64,000 nucleotides of DNA, taken from Squalus acanthias. Its lineage: Eukaryota. Positions 11,049-24,382 of this stretch are shown in pieces. Numbering within the stretch: the stretch's first letter is position 1; each line of letters starts with the position of its first letter. The stretch spans positions 140,122,001 through 140,186,000 of the forward strand of contig CM059432.1 in assembly GCA_030390025.1 (NCBI GenBank), given 5' to 3'. A program made the position numbers and the translations under genes. The notes below the pieces were generated by a model, which was not told the DNA's origin, ran no database searches, and saw nothing but the letters and a program-made list of their open reading frames with translations.

Positions 11049-11476
11049 TAGGGTTGCCAACTCTGGTGGGATGTACTCCTGGAGGCTTCATCGCATGACC
11101 TTCTGCCTCCAACCCAGTCAAACAGCCTTTTTTGCCCATCTGCAGTATTTTTATATTAATATAATTTAAGTGTTCGAAGAAAATGAAAAAACGCACAATT
11201 TGTGTTTAACACCCGCCCCCCCCCCCCCACCCAATGTTCCCGCTAACTTTTTTGGGGTGCGCGGCTCATTCAAATTATCGCGCATGAGCGGTTTTCTCCA
11301 TTTAAAAGCTGCCATGCGGCCTGCGCGGGACCTTCAGACTGCCGCGCGGCCGCGCGGCTCAGTGGGAACGTTGTCGCCCACCTATGATTTTTCTCCCGGG
11401 TTGTTTGCTCCCAGCGGGAGTTTAAGATTTAGTTCCTGGAGACTCCAGGGCAAACCTGGAGGGGTTGGCAACCCTC
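11049..11476. mobile_element. hAT-like MITE with a second small TIR element nested at about 11232-11373
   Basis: Outer TIR TAGGGTTGCCAAC / GTTGGCAACCCT; 8-bp flanks GCCTCAAT and GCATTAAT (6/8). Inner TIR CAATGTTCCC / GGGAACGTTG. Confidence 0.7.
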
Positions 11477-12723
11477 GCATTAATGTGTGAACAGGGGATG
11501 GCTGTAAACTTCACTGCACGGACCAAGCCTGAAGCCGACTGACTCTTGACGCTCAATGGCCTCAAAGAGTTTATGCTCCATTCATGGTCCTGATTCGATT
11601 AGGTATTCCTGAGCAAAGAGAAAATTGACATAGTGGACCTCCGGAGTTCAAAATATCTTCTTTTAAATGTATTCATCAAGGTGTAGATGCAGCCCAAACT
11701 GAATGGAACTGAACTGAAATCATGGTTACAGGTGCCCATAGGGGATGCACATTATTATCCCCTCCAATTTCTACAAACGCTAACTTCTAGAAACTAAAAA
11801 AAAACCATATATTTCCGATAGATGTATGACCACACTATTGCACTGGATCAGATTTCCTGCAGCCCCAGTCCCTGAGCTGCACTTTCTGAGCCCTGCAGGC
11901 ACCCATCCTGCTTTTAATGTCAATTTGCTGGGAAGTTACATCCTTTGATACTGTACTATGGGTACATAATGATCCAGTAACCTCCCACACAGAGGGCATA
12001 TGTTAATAGGCTTGATAATGCATAATGAGGTCCATATGATCACTCTAGCTGTAAATGATAAACCGAGCCCTTATGTCTTAGGTCAATTAAGTGGCTGTTG
12101 ATTAGCCGCAGTACTTTGAGACGGCCTAAGGTTACATTAGCTAGTTTAACTCTTTTCTGACTGTAAAGCAACAGTAGCTTGTGTTCACGTTCATGAATAA
12201 GAATTCGACATGAAACTTGTTTTGAATGTTGGCCTATGTTTGTTTCACCGTTTAAAAAATTAATAATGAAAAGAAAAGCAATTTTTGATGTTCTTTGATT
12301 GAACCTCTTCCGTATACATTAGCAATCATTTTGCTATTCCGGTTTTTTTCCCCCCCTCAGTGTGCTATTCTTTTTCTTACAGCCCTTGTTTCAGTAGGTC
12401 TGTGCTATTGAAGGCTTTCCCATTCAAACTAATCCATAGGAAATGTGAACCGCTGTCAGTGAGAGGCCAATAGCAGCATCAAATTAGGAACAGCCCGCGA
12501 ATTCATCCACTTAGGAAGTTAGCAACAGATAGAATGTCACGGTTCTGTACCAGAAAGAACGAGTCTTTTCACAAGAAACTAGAGCATGCCGTTGGCTAAG
12601 GGGGTGTGAGTCTGGCCAAGTGCAACAGTGGATAACTCTGCCTGCCCTCATGAACAGGCGGCAGACTTCTCAGAATTGATTTCCTTTCAGTTGAAGAAAA
12701 GAGTTGAATTATTATTAAATGAA

Positions 12724-13400
12724 CATACGAAGGACAAAAGAAGACCAGCTGGTCTATTGAACCAGTCCGAAATTGGCATAGTATAACTTCTGCACAAGAC
12801 CACGGCCTCCCCCGCAACCCCCCCCCCCCCCCCCCCGGCCCCCACCACCACCACCCCCGCTCCCGCCCAACCACAGTCACACAATCTCCTGGGAGAGGCA
12901 AAAGCAGAAGAGAGAAAAAAAAAACTTCGGCCAATTTGGGAGGAAGCTCTGGGAAATTCTTCTCGAAGCGCCCAAAGGCGATCTAGCAAGAGAAAGAAAG
13001 AAAGACTTGCATTTATATCGCGCCTTTCCTCAGGATGTCCCAAAGCGCTTTACAGCCAATGAAGTACTTTTGAAGTGTAGTCACTGTTTTAATAATAATA
13101 AGCTCCAGGAAACAGCAGTGACTAAATATCCACCTACCTTCTCTATATGTAGATATGTTTGCCACTCTCCGGTACATGTCCAGCTCTCTTTTGAATGCTT
13201 GCAGCAAGTCCATACACAATGTGTCGCCAATGTGTTCCAGAGTTCGACAATTCGAGGCGAAAAGAAATACCTCCCAGCATCTAACCTTGTTCTATACTCT
13301 GTAGCTTATATGTATGTCCCCTGGTCCTCCCTAACCATGTGAGGGCACACAACTGGACACAGTATTCTAGATGTGATGTGACCAAGGTTTTATACAGGGA
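12724..13400 (-). mobile_element. Old, degraded CR1 3' fragment interrupted by a SINE tail piece (about 12990-13090)
   Basis: Degenerate CR1 C-terminal coding sequence (e.g. AFKRELD, and CATCTAGAATACTGTGTCCAG encoding HLEYCVQ on the minus strand). Confidence 0.5.
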
Positions 13401-13649
13401 AAGGACGGTGTTTCTTGTTTTATGTTATTCTGACGTTCTGTTGCTGCTCTGCCTGAAGTCCCTAAGGAGCCTGAACGATCCGAATGTATATATTTTTTGG
13501 TAAGTCTTTGGGTCACACTAGAACCACTCTCCCAGTAGAGAGGGAACTGATCCCCTTGGGGATTGATTGTCTTGTTCCAGTAAAGGTTTCAGAAGGCCTA
13601 AAGGAACTTTCAAGTGGGGAGTGTTCTACTGAGGCCTTTCAATAGTACA

Positions 13650-14475
13650 AAACAACAACAACTTATATTTATATAGCGCCTTTAACGTAGTAAAACGTCC
13701 CAAGGTGCTGCACAGGAGTATTTTAAGACAAAAGATTTGACACCGAGCCACATAAGGATAAATTAGGACAGGTCACCAAAAGCTTGGTCAAAGAGGTAGG
13801 TTTTAAGGAGCGTTTTAAAGGAGGAAAGAGAGGTAGAGAGGTGGAGAGGTTTAGGCAGGGAATTCCAGAGCTTAGGGCCCAGGCAACAGAAGGCACGGCC
13901 GCCAAAGGTTGAGTGATTATAATCAGGGATGCTCAAGAAGGCAGAATTAGAGGAGCGCAGATATCTCAGGGGGTTGTGGGGCTGAAGGAGATTACAGGGA
14001 TAGGGAGGGGGCGAGGCCATGGAGGGATTTGAAAACAAGGATGAGAATTTTGAAATCGAGGCGCTGCTTAACCGGGAGCCATTGTAGGTCAGCGAGCACA
14101 GGGGTGATGGGCGAACGGGACTTGGTGCGAGTTAGGACACGGGCAGCCGAGTTTTGGATGACCTCAGGTTTACGTAGGGTGGAATGTGGGAGTCCAGCCA
14201 GGAGTGCATTGGAATAGTCAAGTCTAGAGGTAACAAAAGCATGGATGAGGGTTTCTGCAGCGGATGAGCTGAGGCAGGGGCGAAGACGGGCGATGTTACG
14301 GAGGTGGAAGTCGGCGGTCTTCGTTATGCTGCGGATATGTGGTCGGAAGCTCATTTCAGGGTCAAATATGACATGGTCAAGGTTGCGAACAGTGTGGCTC
14401 AGCCTCAGACAGATGTTAGGGAGAGGGATGGAGTCAGTGGTTAGGGAACGGAGTTTGTGGTGGGGACCGGAAACA
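13650..14475 (-). mobile_element. L2 LINE 3' fragment
   Basis: ORF 13992-14495 (FHLRNIARLRPCLSSSAAETLIHAFVTSRLDYSNALLAGLP) matches the L2 ORF2 C-terminus. (TTG)n tail. Confidence 0.9.
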
Positions 14476-16351
14476 ATGGATTCGGGACGAATCACTCCGT
14501 AAAGGCGAGGAATTTGTCCCCAACATGCCCCCTTGATGCAAGGAGTTGAGTGGAAGATCCACCATGGTCCTCCCTACCGGAATTTGAAGGCCAAGTCTAA
14601 ATGGGGTGGAACCCTGGGAAAGCTGTTTTCTGCCCATATTCCAAGCCCACCCCAGGCAGAAGTTGGTCTATTGCCCTCTCCCAACCGGGGAATTTTGGGG
14701 CCTGCGTCTTAATTTGATGTGAGTACATTATTTTCAAAAGAAGATGACACAGGAAGAACTGTTGGACGACTAAATGCTGCAACGCCTGAATTCTGCAGCT
14801 CCTGTCAGTCTTTAAAAGCTAATCAGGACCTTTTCATCTGTTTCTAAGGCGAAATTCTAGCAAAGTGACACTTCCTTAATATTTCTCAACATCCCAGTCT
14901 GGGTCAGGCTTTCGGTTAAAAAGTAGCGCTGGTCGAGGAAATGGAATTTTTTTCGGGAATGAGCGGTCCCAAAGGAGGGGAGAAACGTCATTTTTAAAAA
15001 AATTGTGGGAATAAAATCAAATCCTGAAATGTATCTTGCTATAGTATCATCTTCATAGTTACATATTTTTTTTACTGTTTTGTAGTCGGATAGCTTTAAG
15101 AGCACAGCCAAGAGATTTGCTTGTCTCTTAGCCAGAAGGTCAGAGGTTTGAATCCCACGACTGTCTGTTGCTCAGATCCGCATACCTTAGCCGGGTGAGT
15201 TTATCAGATCATGGCTAGACTGCTCATTGGTGTGTGGACGAAAGGCATTTAATTTTGGATGAAGAAATATTGAAGCTGGCTGGCCGGCATCCCGACTGCT
15301 GGAATCACAACGTCTTGCGAGCTAATTGTGGAGCGGCGTTGATAATGAAGTCAGTAGTCTGCTCTCGCTCTCTCACTCTGGATTGGGGAGGATTGAAAGT
15401 GGTAAGAGATCTATGGCAGAGAGACGACGTAGGCTAAAAAGTTCAAAAGAGAAAAGATTGCGGTCCATACTTTTGAGGAGATTGAGGGAAAGCCCATCTA
15501 GAAGTGTTCCATATAATGGGCCTGATTTTGATCTCTGAAGATGTCTGAGCAAAATCAGCTCGTGGCCACATTTGAAAGACCAATGTAGCAGATTGGTAAA
15601 AAGAACGAGGATGCTACTGTGGCCTAGAAATTACTGGTGGTATAATGAGTAAAATTAGGATCAATTCAGAGTTACTGGAATGTAATTTGAGGAGTCTGTT
15701 ATTTCCTGCCATTTGTGCTCAGTTTCTACCTATCCTGAAATTTGTTGTGTTGTGCGATTTCTCATTTTTGTCCACCCCAGTCCAACACCGGCATCTCCGC
15801 ATCATATCCTGAAATTGCTATTGCTTCGTTGAGTTCACCGCACACAGTAGCACCTATACATCTCAAGTGCAATACACTAATACTGCAACTATTAAATGGA
15901 CATTACATGCCCAGGATTCAGCAGGGACCCACTGCAGCTTTACATAGACTATGCAGGCAGAAAGTTCAATTCGAATTGTTTGCAGTCCTCTCTCATCACT
16001 TGGTTTAACAGAGGAGGATGATTAGGAATGAAGAAGAGATGCCAAAGGTATCAGATGGCACATTTGGTAAGACTCTCGCCTCTGAGTCAGAAGGTTGTGG
16101 GTTTAAGTCCCACTCCAGAGACTTGAGCACAAAAGCTCGGCTTTGTGCTGTGTGCATATTGGCTGCCGCTTTTCCTACATTAACACAGTGACTACACTTC
16201 AAAAATACTCATTGGCTGTAAAGTGCTTTTGGGACATCCTGAGGTAGTGAAAGGTGCTATATAAATGCAAGTCTTTCTTTCTTTGAAGAAAGGGCAGCTC
16301 CTTGACTGACTGGAGCCCTCTGTGATTGATAGCTCAGTGGGCAGAGACTTT

Positions 16352-18036
16352 GGGCAGAATTTTGCGGGGGGGGGGGGGGGACAGCGGGCGCGATCAGTGG
16401 TGGGTTGGGTGGGAAAACATTTTTTTTAACAGCAGGTCGGGACCCCACTGTCAACCCGCCACCATGCGCCTTTCCCAAATGTCGGGTCTGCCAGCGCTAA
16501 GCAGACCCGACATGCGGCGGTGGGGGAGGCAATTGAAATCATTAGTGGCTTGTTTACAGCCACTTAACAATGCTTTTTCCCCCCAGCTTTTGATTTTGAC
16601 AGGTCGTCCACCAGTTTCCCACTGTGCCTAGACCTCGTCTGTGAAGCTGAGGCAGGAGGTCACTTGCCATTCTTTCAGCTGATGAGTTGACAGCTTCAAA
16701 TGTCAAGTCAAAGCTCCCAGCTGAATCAGATATCTTCCCTTAGCCACTAGCTTCTCTAAACTGCATTTACACAAGTCTCTATCCAGTCTGACCTCATTAC
16801 CTCTCCCACCACTGACAGATCACTTCTGTCATCTCGACTTCACCTGCCATCTATTCCATCAGCATCGGTGCCCTTGAAACTATCTCACCTTGGTCCTCAG
16901 AATCCCACCATGATCAGCTCCAACACCAGCATCACCAGGCACACCAGCATCACTAACAACAACACCAACCTTCTCCGCAATCACCTGATGCTGCACAGGA
17001 CACAGGGCATCAGCACCCGACCACATTGCTGCCCGGGAGGCCAGGGATGGCCTCACTATAGCCAGATTTACTTCACTTGATGCTGTACACCCTGGCTGCC
17101 ACATGATGCGCCAGGTTGGCACCACCCCTCGCGGGGGGTAACGTTATGTCTCACCATTCACTGCAACTCACTAAGCCACTTCCAAAGGTGCACACAGATC
17201 TGTCCAAGAACGGAAAGCGTTGAAGTAAAGATTTCAATGTTTGACAGCACATTAACAGAAACTTCACATGAACATTGGCTAAAACACACAAGTGTGTGTT
17301 GTTAGTTGGTATGATTGCACTAGGGTGAGGGTGAGTGTGAGGGGTGGCTAGTGAGATGGAGAAGTGATAATGTAGATAGAGAGGGATGGGTGGAGGTGCA
17401 AGGTAAGTTGGTGTGAGTAAGGATGTGCAGGAGTAGGGTAGGGAAGGCAGAGTGATGGGGATGGGGATGTTATGAGTGGCACAGCAGGATGAGGTTGAGT
17501 GTGGCTTTGCAGTAACGTTTCGTGATCTACTGAGATCATTGAAAGGTTTGCCCCACTGCAGCCTGGTCCTCCTTACAACATCCCTGCTTGTGCCCTCCTG
17601 TGCAACGTGCAACCAGGTTGTGTTGGTCTCCTGGGGAGGTCTCTTCCGTCCATTGGAAGGAAAGAGAACCTCCCTGTATGCTGTGACTCCCTCCATAAGC
17701 ATATGGAGGGAGTCATGGGAGAGCCTGGGTGCAGCTGTGCACCTCTCTGCAGTGCTTGTCAGTGTTTGCAGCACCTCAATGCTGTAGAACACTGACAGCA
17801 CAACTGTCAAAGTAAATTTGGACATGGTCCCTTTAAGGAAACCGGCTGATGACACGTCATCAAATGACGTCATCAGATCCGCTTCCTTCAATTGGCCGGC
17901 AAATGCGCTGGGCGGGCTTAACAAGCCCAATCAGCGGAAAATCATTTTGGACAGCGGGCTGGAGCCATCAGGGAGGCCGGGACCCGCCACCAACATCGCC
18001 CGCCACGGACCCACCGAGGTTGGTAAAATCCAGCCC
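16352..18036. mobile_element. Decayed PIF/Harbinger derivative with Myb/SANT remnant (about 17500-17760, minus strand)
   Basis: TIRs GGGCAGAATTTT / GGGCTGGATTTT (10/12). The minus strand reads AAPRLSHDSLHMLMEGV..EVLFPSNGRKRPP..WLHVAQEGTSRDVVRRTRLQWGKPFNDL, homologous to exon 1 of the intact Myb gene. Confidence 0.75.
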
Positions 18037-18064
18037 TCCATCTCACAGATTTAAAGCAGCAGAT

Positions 18065-18905
18065 CTTTTGAAGCATAGTCACTGTTGTAATGTAGGAAAC
18101 GTGGCAACCAATTTGCGCACAGCAACGTGCCACAAACAGAAATGCCATAGTGACCAGATAATCTGTTTTAGTGATGTTGGTTGCGGGATAAATATTGGCC
18201 AGGACACCGGGAAGAACTCCCCTGCTCTTCTTCGAAATAGTGCCAAGGGATCTTTTACGTCCACCTGAGAGGGTAGACAGAGCCTCAGTTTAACGTCTCA
18301 TCCGACAGTGCAGCACTCCCTCAGTACTGTACTGGAGTGTCAGTCTACATTACATGCTCAGCTGTGGCTTGGTAGCACACTCGCCTCTGAGTCAGAAGGT
18401 TGTGGGTTCAAGTCCCACTCCAGGGACCTACGCACATAAAGCTAGGCTGACACTCCAGTGCGGTGCTGAGGGAGTGCTGCACTGTCGGAGGTGCCGTCTT
18501 TCGGATGAGACGTTAAACCGAGGCCCCGTCTGCTCTCTCAGGTGGATGTAAAAGATCCCATGGCACTATTTTGAAGAAGAGCAGGGGAGTTATCCCAGGT
18601 GTCCTGGGCCAATATTTATCCCTCAACCAACATAACAAAAACAAATTATCTAGTCATTTTCACACTGCTGTCTGTGGGAGCTTGCTGAGCGCAAATTGGC
18701 TGCCGCGTTTCCCACATTACAACAGTGACTCCACTTCAAAAATATTTCATTGGCTGTAAAGCGCTTTGAGACGTCTGGTGGTCGTGAAAGGCGCTATAGA
18801 AATGCAAGTCTTTCTTTCTTTCATGTCCACTGGAGTGGGGATTGAACCCACAACCTTCTGATTCAAGAGGCGAGAATGCTACACCACTGAGCCACAGCTA
18901 ACACC
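18065..18905. mobile_element. Minus-strand Deu-domain SINE interrupted by a full-length plus-strand copy (about 18357-18822)
   Basis: tRNA-like head (GGTTCAAGTCCC B-box), Deu core GGTGCCGTCTTTCGGATGAGACGTTAAACCGAGGCCCCG, and L2-like tail AAAGGCGCTATAGAAATGCAAG. The outer copy resumes at about 18823. Confidence 0.8.
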
Positions 18906-19564
18906 AAAGCTTTCACAAATAGCTGTCAATCAAAGTAAGTACTCCTGGGTTGAACACCAATCCTTTGATGTGCGATCAGTGAGCCTGGTCACGCCCCAGC
19001 ACTGCTGTGTGAATTGAATAGAATGGCACGTCAACCCAACCATTTGTTGCAATGGTTCCCCTGTAGGACTTTGGAGTATCTTTAAAAATACCACGAAACG
19101 TTTGGGGTTGTAAATGATGGCTCCCCTCGGGGTGATTAACGAATTAACACTTCAGACCCCCATTGTGTGAATGGAAACAAACTTACATCTTCGGGAAAAT
19201 CTAATAGACACATTGACTGGTCAAGGCCAATTTCTGTTACTGTGGGGCAGCCTTGGAAGTTAACCCCTTGCGTGCCGAAGCTAGCATTGCAAGAATACGG
19301 GCGACCTTAAAACAAAATCGGGTTTGTTTTTGTGAAACTCCCCTCCCGCCGCCGGCCCCTCTACATCCAATCTGTCAATGACTCATTGTCCAGGTTTGCA
19401 CAGTGGGCATTTGGACAAATTACCAGAGGGCTACCACGGCCGACGGAGCTATATTCCAGCAAAAGGTACTCAACAATGAGGCGGTGAAGAATCAGAGGGA
19501 AAAGAGGCCATCAGGAATTTGGACCAGCACACACTGACAGTAATCTGGCCTCAGATGGACTCAC

Positions 19565-20088
19565 ACTGATCCATAAACTTCTGCTCATCCAAAACTCTGT
19601 TGCCCGTGTCCTATCTCGCACCAAGTCCCGTTCACCCACTACCACCCCCTGTGCTCGCTGACCTACATTGGCTCCCGGTCCGGCAACGCCTCGATTAAAA
19701 ATTCCCAACCTTGTTCTCAAATCCCCTCGTGGTTCGCCCCTCCCTATCCACTGTAATCTCCTCCAACCCTATACAGCCCTCCGAGATCTCTGCGCTCCTC
19801 CAATTCTGGCCTCTTGCGCATCCTCGGTTTTAATCGCTCCACCATTGGCGGCCGTGCCTTCAGCTGCCAAGGCCCAAGGCCCCTAAACCTCTCCCCTCTC
19901 TACCTCTCTTTCCTCTTTTAAGACGCTCCTTAAAACCTACCTCTTCGACCAAGCTTTTGGCCACCTGTCCTAATATCTCCTTATGTGGCTCGGTGTCAAA
20001 TTTTGTGTCTGATAACGCTCCTGTGAAGCGCCTCGGGATGCTTTACTACGTTAAAGGCGCTGTATAAATGCAAGTTGTTGTTGTTGTA
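19565..20088 (+). mobile_element. L2 LINE 3' fragment
   Basis: Matches 49260-49800. (TTG)n tail. Confidence 0.85.
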
Positions 20089-21938
20089 GTTATCTGATTT
20101 CAGATGGACTCACACTGATAGTGATCTGGCTTCAGATGTTCGGACAGGTGACCAAAAACCTGGTCAAAGAGGTAACTGAGGTGATGGTGGGTGGTATTCT
20201 GGCGTGTGCTTGCAGTTTTGACACTTGATTGAAATTATGGGCCGCATTTGCATAAGGTTGCTAAACAAAGAAATAACTTTTAAAACGCCTTTAGGGCAAA
20301 GGGGGGGGGACATTGAATACAGGATGCTTTCTTTCGAAAGATCGCTAAGTATAATTTCTAATGCATAAATTCAGTCAAATGGAATGAAAATGAAAAGGAC
20401 TGCATTTGAGATGGTCGCCACTGTTGTGAGTTGCACAGATTTTTTTTTTGTGCTTTTAAAGTCTGGCGTTGACAAGAAAGGTGAACGAATGTCCGAAAGT
20501 GTATACTTCCCCTCGGTGATAGCGACAGAGGATGAAAATGGCTCTGGAAAATCTAACTCCTAGCCTGGGCCCAGGAGTCTTGCTGAAACAAAGGCTGCTC
20601 TGAATACAACTCTTTTCTTACCCAACTCTGGTTCCATTGATTACAGCCCTTGAGACAAGTATGCAATTCTGCCCTTTTTAGCAAGTGGAGTTTTCTAAAG
20701 AGGAAATGAGCTAACTCGGAGCTGACCTCTACAGCCCTCTTGGGAAGCCAACCGGTGTACAGTGTTCAAAAGGTTCAGACTGCTTGGCTTCCAAATTCTA
20801 GTCTGACTGATGGTACAGGATGAAGAAACAGCACAAAAAAAGGGACTATATAAGTCAAAATGTAGCCTTAGGAGGCATTGCATTGTACAATCACACAAAA
20901 AAAACCATAACAGAAATGTTTAAAAAAAAACCTGACAGCCTTGTCAAAAACACTAAAAGGGACTTCTGATTATGCAGGAAGCCCTGTTACTGAAAGTCAA
21001 TTAATAAAACAGCAGAGGGAGTACAGTACGGTACTGAAGTGGTGCTTTGACCCTTGAAGACTTCAGTGCACCAATAAAAACAAATAGAAATAAATTGTTT
21101 TCAGCACTGACAACATAGTTAGGTCTGAGCATTCTGGGTTCACAGTGGAGCAGACAGACAAAAGGAGGCCTGTTACTGGGAGTCAAATGGCAAAAGCCGC
21201 TCGGTATTCATGTTTTGGTCTTGACCTTTAAGGAAGAAATCCATATGCTTGGAAAGTTGGGTTTCTTTGTTCTCGTGTTTGGATCTGTTATTACTGAGGG
21301 GGAGGGGGAAAGCGTAAGACACAAAGGCAGCATGTAGGGCATTTGTATTGATGCACTGCTTTGACCCTATGACCCCACTACGCAAATAAATATGTGACCC
21401 TTTTATGCTTATATATATGGACAATATGGTTACATTGCAGCTTGCTGAATAAAGCTAGCCTGATTTTAATTTTCCCATGGAATATTGGAGCAACGCTTCT
21501 AGCTGAGGCAGTCAATGTGTTGATTAATGCCTACAAGAAACATCTGGATGAATATTGAGTTATGAACACGATTGAGGGCAAGGATACAGACATATAGAAA
21601 GAAATTAAATGCTGCATAGAGCATGGCGGTTCCTGTACTGCCGGGACTATGGAAATGCCATCTCAAATAAAGCAATTGCGATATATAATTTAGGATGTAC
21701 GATTAAATTCTCGACCTTTGCTTGATTTATCTTTGGAGGGGAGAGAAAGAAACTTTCCTCAAGAGATTGTACAATGTGTATTTAAGGAATGGTTTGAACA
21801 GACATTTCCTTCATGCTTTCTTATGTTCTCAGGTTGTGGACCATTACTTGGAACTTGCTTCTGAGGATTGGATTGTTTTGACACGAGAGTGCCATAAAAG
21901 ACTTGCATTTATACAGTGCCTTTCGCGTCCTCAAAATT

Positions 21939-22094
21939 GCTAAGTATAATTTCTAATACATAAATTCAGACAAATGGAATGAAAATGGAAAGGACTGCAT
22001 TTGAGATGGTCGCCACTGTTGTGAGTTGCACAGATTTTTTTGTGCTTTTAAAGTCTGGCGTTGACAAGAAAGGTGAACGAATGTCCGAAAGTGT
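21939..22094 (+). repeat. 156-bp direct copy of 20344-20502 inserted in a SINE fragment
   Basis: GCTAAGTATAATTTCTAAT...GAATGTCCGAAAGTGT is present at both sites, differing by 3 substitutions and a 3-nt poly-T length difference. Confidence 0.93.
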
Positions 22095-22169
22095 CCGAAG
22101 CACTTCACAGCCAAATTGCTTACTTTTGAAGTGTAGTCGCTGTTGTTTTTGTAGGCAAAAGCAGCAGGA

Positions 22170-22571
22170 TATTGTTTTCAAATCCCTCCATGGCCTCGCC
22201 CCCTCCCTATCTCTGTAATCTCCTTCAGCCCCACAACCCCCCCCCCCGAGATATCTGCGCTCCTCCAATTCTGCCCTCTTGAGGATCCCTGATTATAATC
22301 GCGCAACCTTTGGTGGCCGTGCCTTCTGTTGCCTAGGCCCTAAGCTCTGGAATTCCCTGCCTAAACCTCTCCGCCTCTCTACCTCTCTTTCCTCCTTTAA
22401 GACGCTCCTTAAAACCTACCTCTTTGACCAAGCTTTTGGTCACCTGCCCTAATTTATCCTTATGTGGATCAGTGTCAAATTTGTTGTCTTATAATACCCC
22501 TGTGCAGCGCCTTGGGATGTTTTACTATGTTAAAGGTGCTATATAAATACAAGTTGTTGCTGTTGTTGTTG
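22170..22571 (+). mobile_element. L2 LINE 3' fragment
   Basis: Same 3' sequence as the other L2 copies. (TTG)n tail. Confidence 0.85.
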
Positions 22572-24382
22572 ATATTTGTGCACAGCAAGGTCCTGCAAGG
22601 AGAAACGATATGAATGACCACTTAATCTGTTTCTGGTGATATTGCTTGAGCGATAGATGTTGGCCGGGACGCCAAATGTCGGCCAAAAGACCTGAGCCAA
22701 GAAATTCAAGCTAGTTTGAGTGCAGAAATGGTGCAATTTAGATGATTGGGTGGAGGGGGAGGGGGTGGGGGGGAAGAGGGGGATGAATTTGTGGTGAAAT
22801 CTGTTTCTGCCGGGTATCTGCCATCTTCTGAAATTGTGATGGGGGCAGACGCTGCTACCATCTGGATCCTCTCCACCATAACGTCACATGTGAATTTGAT
22901 GGGCAGGAACAGACCCAGCTGGTCCATCAAGCCTGGAGAAAAACCCAGGGCCAATAAGAGAAATAATTCCATGGAAAATTCCTCTCCGACCTCCCTCAGG
23001 CGATGGAAACCAGTCCAGCGATCGCAGTTGGATGTGAAGACTGCTGGAATGATTATCCCCACCGGATATCCCAGCAGTTCTGCCCTGCATATAGCCAACG
23101 GAAAGTGCCCCTGCATAATCCTGTAAGTTGGGGCCAATAACGCTTTTTCCCATTAATTAAGTTCCGAGATTTCCACAGTGGAGCGATCATCACGTTCACT
23201 TTACATGTGAATGCTCCCCGGTTCCATCCCAACTGGAAACTTTATTTTGTTAATATATTCTAGACTGAGATCGATAGCCTTTCGGACACTAAAGGAATCA
23301 AGGGATAGGGGGATAGAGCGGGAGTTGAGGTAGAGGATCAGCCATGATCTTATTGAATGGCGGAGCAGGCTCGAGGGGCCGTATGACATACTCCTGCTCC
23401 TTATTCTTATTACATTATAATTAAGTTACAATGTGATTTCTTGCACCTTTTGGTATACAGCATCTCAGAGACATCAATTGCCATCAGGAAAGTAGGAAAT
23501 CAGCAAAGGCTCATGGAATTTGTTTTATCTTTGGCCACTATGGCCAGACCGCCATTCCTCACCCCGGATGAAGAGGTACCGTATATATCTCAGCTCCCGC
23601 CCCTTTTATGAAAATGTCCCCATTTCTGGGATTCAGAGGTGCCGCCTATCAAATCCGAGGCCCTGTCTGCCCTCTCAGGTGGACATAAAAGACCCCATGG
23701 CCACTATTTCGAAGAAGAGCAGGGGAAGTCTGCCCGATCTCCTGGCCAATATTTATCCTCAACCAACATCCCCATAACAGATTATCAGGTCATTTATCGC
23801 ATTGCTTTTTGTGGGAGCTTGCTGTGCGCAAATTGGCTGCCGTGTTTCCCACATTACAACAGCGACTACACTTCAAAAATACTTAATTGGCTGTAAAGTG
23901 CTTTGGGCCGTCCTGAGGTCGTGAAAGTCGCTATATAAATGCAAGTCTTTCTTTGTTTTCTTTATTGGAATAGGGCCCATTAGGATTAGTCCTATCCTAA
24001 TGCGGGACAGCGTTAACAGCATGTGTTGTATTAAGTTATTACTGTAACGTTATTGCCCCCACACTGTGCAGGAAGACACGGGGCAAGGGGGCGACGTAAT
24101 TAGTCTTCTATCGGTTTCCAATGCCAAATGGGTGCGGGGAACAATCCCTGCACTGGAAGAGGTCGGCCCGGGGTCCGATCGAAATGGGGCCTCGGGCTTC
24201 ACTTAAATAATTGGAGCGAGCAGCAGGCGCCTGTGGTGTCTCCAGAGGAAGCTCGCCCATGTCAATGAGGCCAATTTGGGCCACCTGCCTCGCTGGCAGT
24301 GCCCCTCAGGAGTACTGGGAGAGGGAGGAAGGAAGAGAAGAGGCTGGGGGTGCGGGGGTGGGAGTGATCGCCTGGACATTAA

